A stretch of 64,000 nucleotides of DNA from an uncultured Alphaproteobacteria bacterium (GCA_902550225.1 CACCYL010000002.1:84089-148088), one strand, 5' to 3'; shown: positions 20,079 through 28,998, counted from the first letter of the stretch. Translations and numbers: made by a program. The notes: generated by a model from the sequence alone, not told the origin.

Positions 20079-20283
20079 ACCTAATCCTATGTATTTTTAA
20101 ATTAATTTGCTTGAACATATTTTTTCCTTCAACAGAATTGTAAACCCAATTTTAAACCAGATCTCTAAAATACAATTACCAAAATTTTATGAAAAAGTAT
20201 CCTACTTTCCATTTTTTAAAAATTGTAATCTCAAATAATCAAACTCACCATTTTTTTTTCTAAAACTTTTTAGAATTAACTTT

Positions 20284-20640
20284 TCAGTTCATTGAAGTCT
20301 TCAATTTTTTTGAAATTACACATAACCCCTTTGACTTATGAATAATTTTATAACTATCAAATCTTTTTAAACTCTTCTTGTATTTGTCTAATGTCATCCA
20401 GACCAATTTTGGAGTATACTGATTACCTGTAGGAGATTTTAAATTGGAACTATTAAGATAATCACTGATCTCAACTGATGACTTTCCCTCATCACTTAGG
20501 TACTTTATAAGTTTCAATCTATTTTCCCTTTTTGAATTTAAATTAAATATAGATAATTTTTGGGTTTCGATAACAACTCTGAATTTAATGAAAAGGGTGT
20601 TTAAACGCACCCTACCCCCCTTTTTCCTAATCACATTCAA
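20284..20640 (-). pseudogene. remnant of a large serine recombinase (recombinase domain only)
   Basis: YLSDEGKSSVEISDYLN...KSPTGNQYTPKLVWMTLDKYKK matches the HTH/recombinase-domain signature (G.S...IA..LN..G..TP.G..W....V..IL.N..Y). The N-terminal catalytic resolvase domain is missing and a G6 tract lies at the 5' end. Confidence 0.5.
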
Positions 20641-20750
20641 AATAGAATCATAGGTTGAAATCTAGGAAGATTTGTAATAGTTTCTTGATTTAAAATCTGT
20701 GATATTTTATGTCTTTTTTTTGATGTAAAATATGTGATTTTAGGGTCAAC

Positions 20751-20840
20751 GGAGAGTTGGCAGAGTGGTCGAATGCATCGGTCTTGAAAACCGACAAGGA
20801 TGCAAGTCCTTCTAGGGTTCGAATCCCTAACTCTCCGCCA
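20751..20840 (+). tRNA. tRNA-Ser (anticodon UGA)
   Basis: Cloverleaf folded by hand: acceptor GGAGAGT/ACTCTCC, anticodon stem TCGGT/ACCGA with loop CTTGAAA, a long variable arm, T arm TAGGG-TTCGAAT-CCCTA, discriminator G and an encoded CCA. Confidence 0.9.
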
Positions 20841-21172
20841 TTTTAGAGGTCATTAGTCGACAATATAGTCGACAACATTAAAAACCCTGTCCTCTGTAAC
20901 GCAGACTCACATTGACTTATAGAAGTTTTATTAGTTGAATAAACTAGTCTTGAAAACCGGCAAAGATGCAAGTCTTTCCAGGGTTCGAATCCCTGACTCT
21001 CCGCCACTTTTGGGGTCATTAGTCGACAACATAGTCGACAACACTAAAAACTCTATCCTCTGAAAGACAGACTCACATTGATTTGTAGAAAATATATTAG
21101 TTGAATAATCTGGTCTTGAAAACCGGCAAGGATGCAAGTCCTTCCAGGGTTCGAATCCCTGTCTCTCCGCCA
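20781..21172 (+). repeat. 166-bp tandem repeat (about 2.4 units). Each unit begins at the tRNA-Ser anticodon loop and contains the tRNA 3' half plus a GTCATTAGTCGACAAYATAGTCGACAACA spacer
   Basis: The period is exactly 166 bp (20781, 20947, 21113). The tRNA 3' halves recur at 20947-21006 and 21113-21172. Confidence 0.85.
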
Positions 21173-21343
21173 CTAACTCTAACCCTATTATTTCTGTGCT
21201 TCTACGGGCTTTAAATTGGCTTTTATACCTAATCATTATACCAAAACTAGATACCCCACCCCCATATATTTTTACCCGGGGGAGGAAAAATACCCCGGCT
21301 TGTTTTGATTGTTATAGTGTCTTAATAATTTTAAATTCAATAT

Positions 21344-21736
21344 TCATATTTTAAACAGTAAATCCCAACCAGTAATAAGCACCATTAAGTTTAAAAATGC
21401 TATTATAGCGGGGGCGATGTAGCCCTCAGCAGATGTCTTTACACCGTCAACAGTACCCCAATAACTATTTATAGTTTGAAAGCAAACAACTGCCCCGATA
21501 CATGCTTGCACAAAACCATAGACAAACAGTAACCAAGCGCCTTCGATAGAAGTTAGTAAAGCAATAGACAAGGTGACTGCAAAGCCGGCAGCAAAAGTGC
21601 CAACAAGTCTTGTCATAATTGCGCTACCTTCACCAAAGCCATATTTCTCAATGTACTTGCGTGTTTGGAAAATACATTGATAAGCATAAATCAAATTTCC
21701 AAATATTATTAATGCTATGAGTACAAAAATTAGCAT
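21344..21736 (-). CDS. small integral membrane protein, unknown function
   Basis: Four predicted TM segments and no recognisable motifs. Confidence 0.5.
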   Translation of the reverse strand: MLIFVLIALIIFGNLIYAYQCIFQTRKYIEKYGFGEGSAIMTRLVGTFAAGFAVTLSIALLTSIEGAWLLFVYGFVQACIGAVVCFQTINSYWGTVDGVKTSAEGYIAPAIIAFLNLMVLITGWDLLFKI

Positions 21737-22098
21737 TTCAGTAAACCTCTATAATCCTCTCAAACGGGAAACAAATTATCAATCATTTACGTATACTATT
21801 CAAAATGTAATTGAAAAAGTGTTATTTTAATAAATAATCTAACAAATTATTTTCCCAATAGAATCACTACTCTCTGGAACCTTAATTTAGAAACTTTTCC
21901 CCTAAAAAGTATGGCCTGATGGGTTAGGAAAAATATGCTAGTTTTAAATTATAAAATATTATTTGAATTTGAAACTATCATATTTTTTCACTAGTCTGAT
22001 TAACATAGAAAAAGAAAAGTTTGAATTTATAAAGTAAGAATTACTAGATAAAATTAATAATTTTTCAAAATAATCAGATTTGACCTCTGGAAGATTAT

Positions 22099-23703
22099 AT
22101 GAATTTAGAAAATCTAGACTGGTATATTATATTTGGATACTTAGTTTGTTTAATTCTTTTATCTGTTTATTTATCAAAAGATCAAAAAAACTTGAAAGAT
22201 TATTTTGTTGCATCAAGAAAACAAAAATCAAAAAAATTGGCTATTTCTATTCTAGCTACTCAATGTTCAACAAATAGTATCCTAGGTGCTCCTGCTTTTG
22301 TTGCTTTTTCTGTTGGTGGTGGCTTGGGTTGGTTGAAGTATGAATTGGCAGTGCCATTATCAATGATTGCAATCATGATTTTTATTTATCCAATTTTCTA
22401 TAAATTAAAGATAATTTCAATATACGAGTACCTTGAAAAAAGGTTTGATCTCAAAACGAGATTATTAATGAGTTCATTATTTCTTTTTGTAAGAGTTTTT
22501 GCAACTGGAGTAATTGTTTACAGTGTATCAATAGTTATTGAATTAATAACAGGTTTAAGTTTTGTATATTCCGTTCTCATACTTGGTCTTATAACAATCG
22601 TCTATGATGTTTTAGGAGGGATAAAAGCAATTATTTACAGCGATATTATTCAAATGATAATTTTGACTGTTGTACTAATCTTTATTCTTTTTTATTTAAC
22701 AAGTATTTTTGGTGGTTTTAGATCAATGTTTAATTATTTCCCAGATCAAAGAAATGTAAATTTAAATTTCTTTGAGCATGGACTTGGTGATGGAAAAGAA
22801 TTTGCTTTTTGGCCAATGTTAATTGGAGGTTTTTTTTTGTATATGTCTTATTATGGTTGTGATCAAAGTCAAATGCAAAAAGCACTATGTGCTAAAAATC
22901 AAAATGAGGGACAAAAAGTATTTTTTTTAAATGGTATTTTCAGATTTCCTCTTGTATTGCTGTACTGTTTAATTGGTGTAGGAATAGGTTCTTATTCCCA
23001 AATTAATGCTGATTTTATCTCAAGTCTTCCAAAACAAGATGGGATACCTAACTTTAATTTGGCTGTCCCTATTTTTCTAATAAATAATTTACCAATCGGA
23101 ATTGTGGGACTGACGCTAGTAGCTTTGTTTTCTGCTGCTATGTCATCGCTAGATTCAGTGTTAAATAGCTTGTCTGCAGTAACAATGGAAGATTTTGTTC
23201 AAAGAATTAAAACTTTTAGATATCTTTCAGAAAAAAATAACCTTTTCATATCAAGAGTAATAACCTTATTTTGGGGTTCATTAGCAATTATTTTGGCTTT
23301 TTATGTTGAAGACATTTCTAGCAATGTTCTTATTGCAATCAATAAAATAGGTTCTTTGATTAATGGACCAATTATTGGTGTATTTACATTAGGTATTTTA
23401 ACAAAAAAAATTAATGGTAATAGTGCTTGTATAGGAATAATTTGTGGATTTTTATTTAACCTATACTGTTGGGTTTATTTAGTTAACGTATCTTGGCTTT
23501 GGTGGAATGCAATTGGTTTTGTTGTTACTTTAAAAATTGCAATAGTGCACGACTTTTTTTTCTCCAACTTTCAAGCAAATGAAACTTTTGTTTGGTCATT
23601 AAAATCCTTCAAAAAATTGTACTTTAATAACACATGGAAAACTCGATATATTATTTTGTTTATTTGGTTTATTTTAATATTCTTTTTAATTTATTTCTTC
23701 TAG
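22099..23703 (+). CDS. sodium:solute symporter (SSS family)
   Basis: 13-TM architecture and SSS signature regions (AAMSSLDS, GPIIG). Confidence 0.8.
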   Translation: MNLENLDWYIIFGYLVCLILLSVYLSKDQKNLKDYFVASRKQKSKKLAISILATQCSTNSILGAPAFVAFSVGGGLGWLKYELAVPLSMIAIMIFIYPIFYKLKIISIYEYLEKRFDLKTRLLMSSLFLFVRVFATGVIVYSVSIVIELITGLSFVYSVLILGLITIVYDVLGGIKAIIYSDIIQMIILTVVLIFILFYLTSIFGGFRSMFNYFPDQRNVNLNFFEHGLGDGKEFAFWPMLIGGFFLYMSYYGCDQSQMQKALCAKNQNEGQKVFFLNGIFRFPLVLLYCLIGVGIGSYSQINADFISSLPKQDGIPNFNLAVPIFLINNLPIGIVGLTLVALFSAAMSSLDSVLNSLSAVTMEDFVQRIKTFRYLSEKNNLFISRVITLFWGSLAIILAFYVEDISSNVLIAINKIGSLINGPIIGVFTLGILTKKINGNSACIGIICGFLFNLYCWVYLVNVSWLWWNAIGFVVTLKIAIVHDFFFSNFQANETFVWSLKSFKKLYFNNTWKTRYIILFIWFILIFFLIYFF

Positions 23704-23951
23704 TGGTTTTTAACGGATTTATATAACATTTGGGTTAAAGATATTTCTTATCTCTTTCTCTCCTTCTCTATCTGAAATCCCTGAATTCTCATATCTTGAG
23801 CTTCTTTATTTAATAATTTTCCCTCCGAGATTACTCCCCTTAATTTTCAACTAAAAGATTAACCAAATGTGAATAACACCCTCAGAGTTGATTAAGAAAA
23901 AAATAATAATAAGGGTATAATTTTATTAACTTTTTATTTAAGGAGTAAACA

Positions 23952-24029
23952 ATGGCTTGGACAAAACCAATGATTTCTGAAATCTCTGTTGGTCTTGAAA
24001 TCAATTCTTACGCTTGCGCTGAGAAGTAA
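23952..24029 (+). CDS. PqqA-like 25-aa peptide (MAWTKPMISEISVGLEINSYACAEK), copy 1
   Basis: AAGGAG RBS 6 nt upstream. The peptide aligns to alphaproteobacterial PqqA (W..P.[IV]SEI.VG[ML]E[VI].SY..AE), including the E-x3-Y crosslink pair. It is followed by an intrinsic terminator. Confidence 0.6.
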   Translation: MAWTKPMISEISVGLEINSYACAEK

Positions 24030-24058
24030 TTTCGATCTATAAAGATGAAATTTTAAAA

Positions 24059-24087
24059 GCCTGGCTAAGAAGTCAGGTTTTTTTTTT
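24059..24087 (+). terminator. rho-independent terminator after PqqA-like copy 1
   Basis: Stem CCTGGCT/AGTCAGG (7 bp with one G-U wobble), loop AAGA, then T9. Confidence 0.75.
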
Positions 24088-24290
24088 CTTAAATTAAACC
24101 TTTCCTTACCCTTTTATCTTTAAGCCTTGTCTTTTTGCCCTCTAGAGCTGATTTCATATCTACGTATGCCCTATAATAACTATTTATTGTTATCTTTATG
24201 ATTTCTATATATACCTAAAATGATAAATAGTTTTTTATAATAAATTTCTTATTTAATTTACTCTTATTTTTGCAAATCAAACACTAAATT

Positions 24291-26102
24291 ATGTCAAAAA
24301 ATATTAGGAATGTAGCTATTATTGCTCATGTAGACCACGGCAAAACCACATTAATTGATTCAATACTTAAGCAAATTGGAATGTTTAGATCCAATGAAGA
24401 GATTGGGGAAAGAATAATGGATAGTGGCGATTTAGAAAAAGAACGTGGTATTACGATTTTGGCAAAGCCTACATCAATTAAGTGGAATGGAGTAAAAATA
24501 AATATAATAGATACACCAGGACATGCAGATTTTGGTGGAGAGGTTGAAAGGATTTTATGTATGGCTGATGGAGTAATTTTATTAACAGATGCCTCAGAAG
24601 GACCAATGCCTCAAACAAAGTTTGTTTTAGGTAAAGCATTATCGCAGGGTTTAAAGCCAATTGTAATCATTAATAAAGTTGATAAAAAAGATAGTCGTGC
24701 AGATGTCGTTTTAGACGAAGTGTTTGATCTTTTTGTTACTCTAAATGCAAATGAGGATCAGCTTGATTTTCCAATACTATACGCCTCTGGAAAAAATGGT
24801 TGGTGTGTGAATGATCTCAAAGATAAAAAAGAAAATTTGCACCCTCTTCTCAATTTAATAATAGAGCATGTGCCTCCTCCAAAAATTAATTCAGAAACAT
24901 CTTTTTCATTTCTAGCAACCCTTCTCTCTTACGATACTTATGTTGGTAGATGTTTAATAGGAAAAGTTGAAAGTGGGAATGCCGAAGTTAATAAAATTGT
25001 TAAGGCAATAAATCTAAATCAAAAACTTGTAGAAAAAGGCAAATTAACAAAATTATTTTCTTTTGAGGGAAATAAAAGAATTCCTGTTAATGAAATTGTT
25101 GCAGGTGATATAGCTTGTATTGCTGGTTTAACTAATGCTTCAGTTTCAGATACAATTTGTGATAATTTAGTCTCTAAACCCATAAAATCGTCTCCGATAG
25201 ATCCCCCAACTATGTCAATAACCATTACTGTTAATAACTCACCTTTTGCTGGGCAGGAGGGCAAAAAAGTGACTTCTAATAATATTAGAGAAAGGCTTTT
25301 GGCAGAAGCTGAAACAAATGTGGCAATTACTTTTAGTGAAAATGAAAATAAAGATGCTTTTGAAATTGGCGGTAGAGGCGAACTACAATTGGGAGTTTTG
25401 ATCGAAACTATGCGAAGAGAAGGTTTTGAATTATCAGTTTCTAGACCAAAAGTATTATTTAAAACAGAAAAAAATATCAAATTAGAACCAGTTGAAGAGG
25501 TTGTAATTGATGTTGATGAAAGTTTTTCAAGCACAGTGATTAGCTCAATGAATAATAGAAAATCAGAAATGATCGATATGAAAACTTCCTCAGCAAAGAC
25601 TCGTATTATCTTTAAGTCACCTTCAAGGGGACTAATAGGTTATCAAAGTCAATTCTTAACAGAAACAAAAGGAACAGGTATTCTGAATAGAATATTTCAT
25701 GCTTATGAACCATTTAAAGGAGAGTTTAAAGAAAAAAGAAATGGTTCCTTAATATCAACTGAGACAGGTCAAGCAGTTGCATATGCAATCTTTAATCTGC
25801 AAGATAGAGGAGTAATGTACATCAAACCGCAAACCAAAGTATACACTGGAATGGTAGTTGGTGAGCATAATAAAGAAAATGATCTTGAAATTAATGTTTT
25901 AAAAGGAAAACAACTTACTAATGTTAGAGCATCAGGTTCAGATAAAGCTGTTACTTTGGTACCACCAGTTAAGATGACATTAGAGCAGATGATTTCTTTT
26001 ATAAGAGATGATGAATTACTTGAGGTAACACCTATGAACCTAAGACTTAGAAAAAAATATCTTGATTCCAATGAAAGAAAGCGTGAAAAAAAATTAAATT
26101 AA
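24291..26102 (+). CDS. typA: translational GTPase TypA/BipA
   Basis: AHVDHGKTT G1 motif, DTPGH G3 motif and NKVD G4 motif, with EF-G-like domain organisation. Confidence 0.92.
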   Translation: MSKNIRNVAIIAHVDHGKTTLIDSILKQIGMFRSNEEIGERIMDSGDLEKERGITILAKPTSIKWNGVKINIIDTPGHADFGGEVERILCMADGVILLTDASEGPMPQTKFVLGKALSQGLKPIVIINKVDKKDSRADVVLDEVFDLFVTLNANEDQLDFPILYASGKNGWCVNDLKDKKENLHPLLNLIIEHVPPPKINSETSFSFLATLLSYDTYVGRCLIGKVESGNAEVNKIVKAINLNQKLVEKGKLTKLFSFEGNKRIPVNEIVAGDIACIAGLTNASVSDTICDNLVSKPIKSSPIDPPTMSITITVNNSPFAGQEGKKVTSNNIRERLLAEAETNVAITFSENENKDAFEIGGRGELQLGVLIETMRREGFELSVSRPKVLFKTEKNIKLEPVEEVVIDVDESFSSTVISSMNNRKSEMIDMKTSSAKTRIIFKSPSRGLIGYQSQFLTETKGTGILNRIFHAYEPFKGEFKEKRNGSLISTETGQAVAYAIFNLQDRGVMYIKPQTKVYTGMVVGEHNKENDLEINVLKGKQLTNVRASGSDKAVTLVPPVKMTLEQMISFIRDDELLEVTPMNLRLRKKYLDSNERKREKKLN

Positions 26103-26322
26103 TAAATATTTTACCAAAATAGCATAACCATCTCTATGTCATAAATAATAAAACTAAGTGGTTGTTCAGTAAAACCTATACTTTTTCCTATTACTCTGCC
26201 TGTATAAGAAAGCTTCGGATTCTTGGCTCCTTTGGATCAAAATTTGGTAGTCTTTACTTCTAATTTTATCCAAAAAAAATATCGACTTAGTATAGTTTAA
26301 TGCATCGATTTGCTCTGATTTT

Positions 26323-27357
26323 TTACACACGCCAAACTGTAACACCACCTTGTCTATCCAATCCAGCAAGTGCTTTATCATCTTGACGCCAATATAATTT
26401 TGAAACAGAATCACTTACACTAGTTTCACTTAATCCACTTTCTTCATTTTCAGATTTTAAGTCCCAAAGTACTACAACACCATCCCTTGATCCTGAAGCT
26501 AAATTCATACCACGATTTGAAAAAGCTAGTGATGTAATTGGTTTAGTGTGAAGTTTTAACGATAAAGGAGATGTACCCTCAGGCCCATTGCCTTTGAAAC
26601 TCCAAACTGTTACCTCTTCACTTCCCCCTGTGGCCAAGTAGCTTCCAGTTTCGTCAAAAGACAAAGCTGAGGGTTTTAGTGGATATCCAGACATCATTGA
26701 ATCTTGCTCTGTTGATCTGCGCCAAAAATGAATTGTATTATCTTGGCTTCCACATACGACTATGTCGCTGTTTGGGCTTAATACCATTGAAACTAAAGAC
26801 CCTTTCCATTCTAATTTCTGCTTTATTTTTCCTGAAATACCATCAAAAAAGGAAACACGCCCATAGCATGTTGTAGCTAGTTCTTTTTCGATGGACCAAG
26901 CTAAATTACTTACAGTACTATTATGACTGTCAGATTGCCACATTTCATTACCCTCTTTGGTGTATACATAAATGGTTCGAGAGCAAGAAAACGCCAGCAT
27001 TTCTCCATCTTGTGACCACGATAAATTTTCTATCCAACCATCACCCAAATCAATGACTTTTTCCTTTTTTTTTTGTTGAGCATTCCAAATAATAACCTTT
27101 CCATCCTGACCTCCTGTTGCGAACCTATCAATTAATGGATGGATTGCTGTTGAAAGAATACCACCTTCATGAACTTGTCCTTGAGACCATTTCATTTTAC
27201 CAGATGTACCATCAAAGACATATATCCCTCCAGCAGCATCACAAATTATGAGAGCCTCACCATTAAAGTTCCAACCCCCAGAAATAGCGTAATCATTTAC
27301 ATAGGCTTTCCAACCACTTCTGAGAATCTTTTGGGGTTGTGTTTCCATTATACTCAT
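26323..27357 (-). CDS. WD40-repeat beta-propeller protein
   Basis: Seven WD-like blades ending in W/D dipeptides (WNAQ, WRRS, WDLK, WRV). There is a 4-nt ATGA overlap with the upstream COG0523 gene. Confidence 0.75.
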   Translation of the reverse strand: MSIMETQPQKILRSGWKAYVNDYAISGGWNFNGEALIICDAAGGIYVFDGTSGKMKWSQGQVHEGGILSTAIHPLIDRFATGGQDGKVIIWNAQQKKKEKVIDLGDGWIENLSWSQDGEMLAFSCSRTIYVYTKEGNEMWQSDSHNSTVSNLAWSIEKELATTCYGRVSFFDGISGKIKQKLEWKGSLVSMVLSPNSDIVVCGSQDNTIHFWRRSTEQDSMMSGYPLKPSALSFDETGSYLATGGSEEVTVWSFKGNGPEGTSPLSLKLHTKPITSLAFSNRGMNLASGSRDGVVVLWDLKSENEESGLSETSVSDSVSKLYWRQDDKALAGLDRQGGVTVWRV

Positions 27358-28706
27358 ACAAGACAGTCCTCAAAATCCCTTCGCATTTCCTTTTCATCAA
27401 GGTTGCGTCCAATAAATACAAGCTGATTTCGTCGAGGTAAACTTCCCCAAGGGCGATCAGGTTTTCCACTAAAAATCATATGAACACCTTGAAAAACGAA
27501 TCTATTTGACTCTCCAGCAATACTTAGAAAACCTTTCATACGAAAAATATCTACTCCTTTGTCTCTAAGAAGTTTAGAAATCCAAGCTTGTAGTTTTTGT
27601 TCATCCAAATCACCGTCTTTTTCAATTGAAAAAGAACCAACTTCGTCATCATGTTCATGTTGTGCTACCCATGTTCTTTCTACTTCGACTGCAACTTCAT
27701 CGTTATTATTTACTTCAATTAACTTCATATTGAATTCTTCTGCTGTATGTTGAGCAAAAAGACCTAATTTTGTATCTTTCTCAATTTCAATATAAAATTC
27801 TTTTGGACCAGACGACTCAAGGTTTAAGTTGACATGTTTTCCTTTAGGAATTATTTCTTCTGGTTTGATTGATTTGGCGTCTTCAGCGTAAAGGCGAACG
27901 CAGCGCTCAGCAGAATTTCTCAAACTTACATCATCTGCATTCTGATCAGGCACAACAACAAGAGACATAGAAGGGTCAGGACCCTCAGACATAATGATTT
28001 TATATTTACCACATTTAGTTGGATAAATTCCCGTCCATTCAAATGGATATTCTGGTTCTAGAAAAGTAGGACGGCGTGTAAGAGCCTGGTCTAAATTAAA
28101 GGCACTTTTATCAAGGACAGAGTTAATTGGAACATTGGCCATTTCACTCCTAATGAATTTTGCCATTTTATTCATTTCCCGAAGACGGGCTTCTAAATTA
28201 TCAAGTTCTGAGTCTTTGACAAGATCTGTTTTGTTAAGAACAATAACGTCTGCAAATGCAATTTGTTCCGTACTTTCGTTACTTCTTCCAAGTTGTTGAT
28301 TTATATGAAATGTATCAACAAGAGTTATAATTCCATCAAGAGAAAACTCTGAACTTATCTCATCATCCATAAAAAAAGTTTGAGCCACTGGACCTGGATC
28401 TGCAAGACCAGTAGTCTCTACAACAACGTAATCAAATTTATCACGCCTTTTCATGAGGTTCCCAAGTACTCTAATTAAATCACCACGAACTGTACAACAA
28501 ATACAACCATTGGCCATCTCAAAGATTTCTTCCTCTGCATTTATTACAAGAGCTTGGTCAATACCAACCTCTCCAAATTCATTTTCAATCACAGCTATTC
28601 GTTTTCCGTGTTGCTCGCTTAAGATACGATTTAGTAAAGTGGTTTTACCTGAACCAAGAAAGCCAGTTAGAATGGTTACAGGAACCTTTTTAGATGAACT
28701 ATCCAT
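27354..28706 (-). CDS. COG0523 (CobW/ZigA/YjiA) metallochaperone GTPase, long form with an extended linker
   Basis: P-loop GFLGSGKTT, the family-defining metal-binding CxCC (GCICCT), and a CobW_C-like C-terminus. There is a Zur box upstream of the operon. Confidence 0.85.
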   Translation of the reverse strand: MDSSSKKVPVTILTGFLGSGKTTLLNRILSEQHGKRIAVIENEFGEVGIDQALVINAEEEIFEMANGCICCTVRGDLIRVLGNLMKRRDKFDYVVVETTGLADPGPVAQTFFMDDEISSEFSLDGIITLVDTFHINQQLGRSNESTEQIAFADVIVLNKTDLVKDSELDNLEARLREMNKMAKFIRSEMANVPINSVLDKSAFNLDQALTRRPTFLEPEYPFEWTGIYPTKCGKYKIIMSEGPDPSMSLVVVPDQNADDVSLRNSAERCVRLYAEDAKSIKPEEIIPKGKHVNLNLESSGPKEFYIEIEKDTKLGLFAQHTAEEFNMKLIEVNNNDEVAVEVERTWVAQHEHDDEVGSFSIEKDGDLDEQKLQAWISKLLRDKGVDIFRMKGFLSIAGESNRFVFQGVHMIFSGKPDRPWGSLPRRNQLVFIGRNLDEKEMRRDFEDCLV

Positions 28707-28887
28707 TTTCTTCTCCATTTAAAATTGTCATTCTTTTTCCTAGATCTCTGCGAAGTTTTGTAATTGCATATGGTTTCATATTTTTCCACTTTTTGCATTC
28801 CTCACGTGTTCTGCCACAACCAATACACCATGAATTTTTCCCTATAAATTTGCATATGTCAATACATGGACTTTTATTACGTTTCAT
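28699..28887 (-). CDS. DUF1289-family small Cys-rich protein (YdhL-like)
   Basis: SPCIDIC-x7-CIGCGRT-x-EE-x2-W matches the DUF1289 pattern. It is the first gene of the Zur-box operon. Confidence 0.65.
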   Translation of the reverse strand: MKRNKSPCIDICKFIGKNSWCIGCGRTREECKKWKNMKPYAITKLRRDLGKRMTILNGEENG

Positions 28888-28918
28888 ATGTAAAGTTCTA
28901 AATTTTATTTTTTATTAT

Positions 28919-28939
28919 TGTAATGTTATAACATAACAC
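28919..28939. promoter_or_regulatory. candidate Zur box (TGTAATGTTATAACATAACAC) in the divergent intergenic region
   Basis: Perfect palindrome TGTTATAACA within GTAATGTTATAACATAAC. Compare the proteobacterial Zur consensus GAAATGTTATAWTATAACATTTC. Confidence 0.55.
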
Positions 28940-28998
28940 TTTATAGTATAGTTTTATTAAATAAAAAAACATTATGTATTCAAAAACTTTATGTAAAC

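Noticed and set aside
20781-21172. CRISPR array
   Set aside because: The repeats are 166-bp units containing the tRNA 3' halves. They are not short direct repeats separated by unique spacers, and no cas genes are present.
20931-21236. 101-aa minus-strand ORF across the tRNA-Ser tandem repeats
   Set aside because: It lies entirely within tRNA-derived repeat units and reads antisense to the tRNA 3' halves. There is no RBS or motif, so it is spurious.
23745-23775. CT-rich tract (TCTCTTTCTCTCCTTCTCTATC) as a possible ncRNA or binding site
   Set aside because: Its composition is unusual for this genome, but it has no secondary structure, no repeat partner and no conserved motif that I recognise. 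I note it only.
25019-25534. 171-aa antisense ORF inside typA, plus similar antisense or overlapping ORFs at 2197-2385, 4165-4395, 9041-9388, 9660-9866, 19261-19747, 32023-32343, 44069-44548, 51265-51522 and 60710-60997
   Set aside because: Each is embedded in a strongly supported gene on the opposite strand or in another frame. They have low-complexity composition and no motifs, as expected for AT-rich shadow ORFs.
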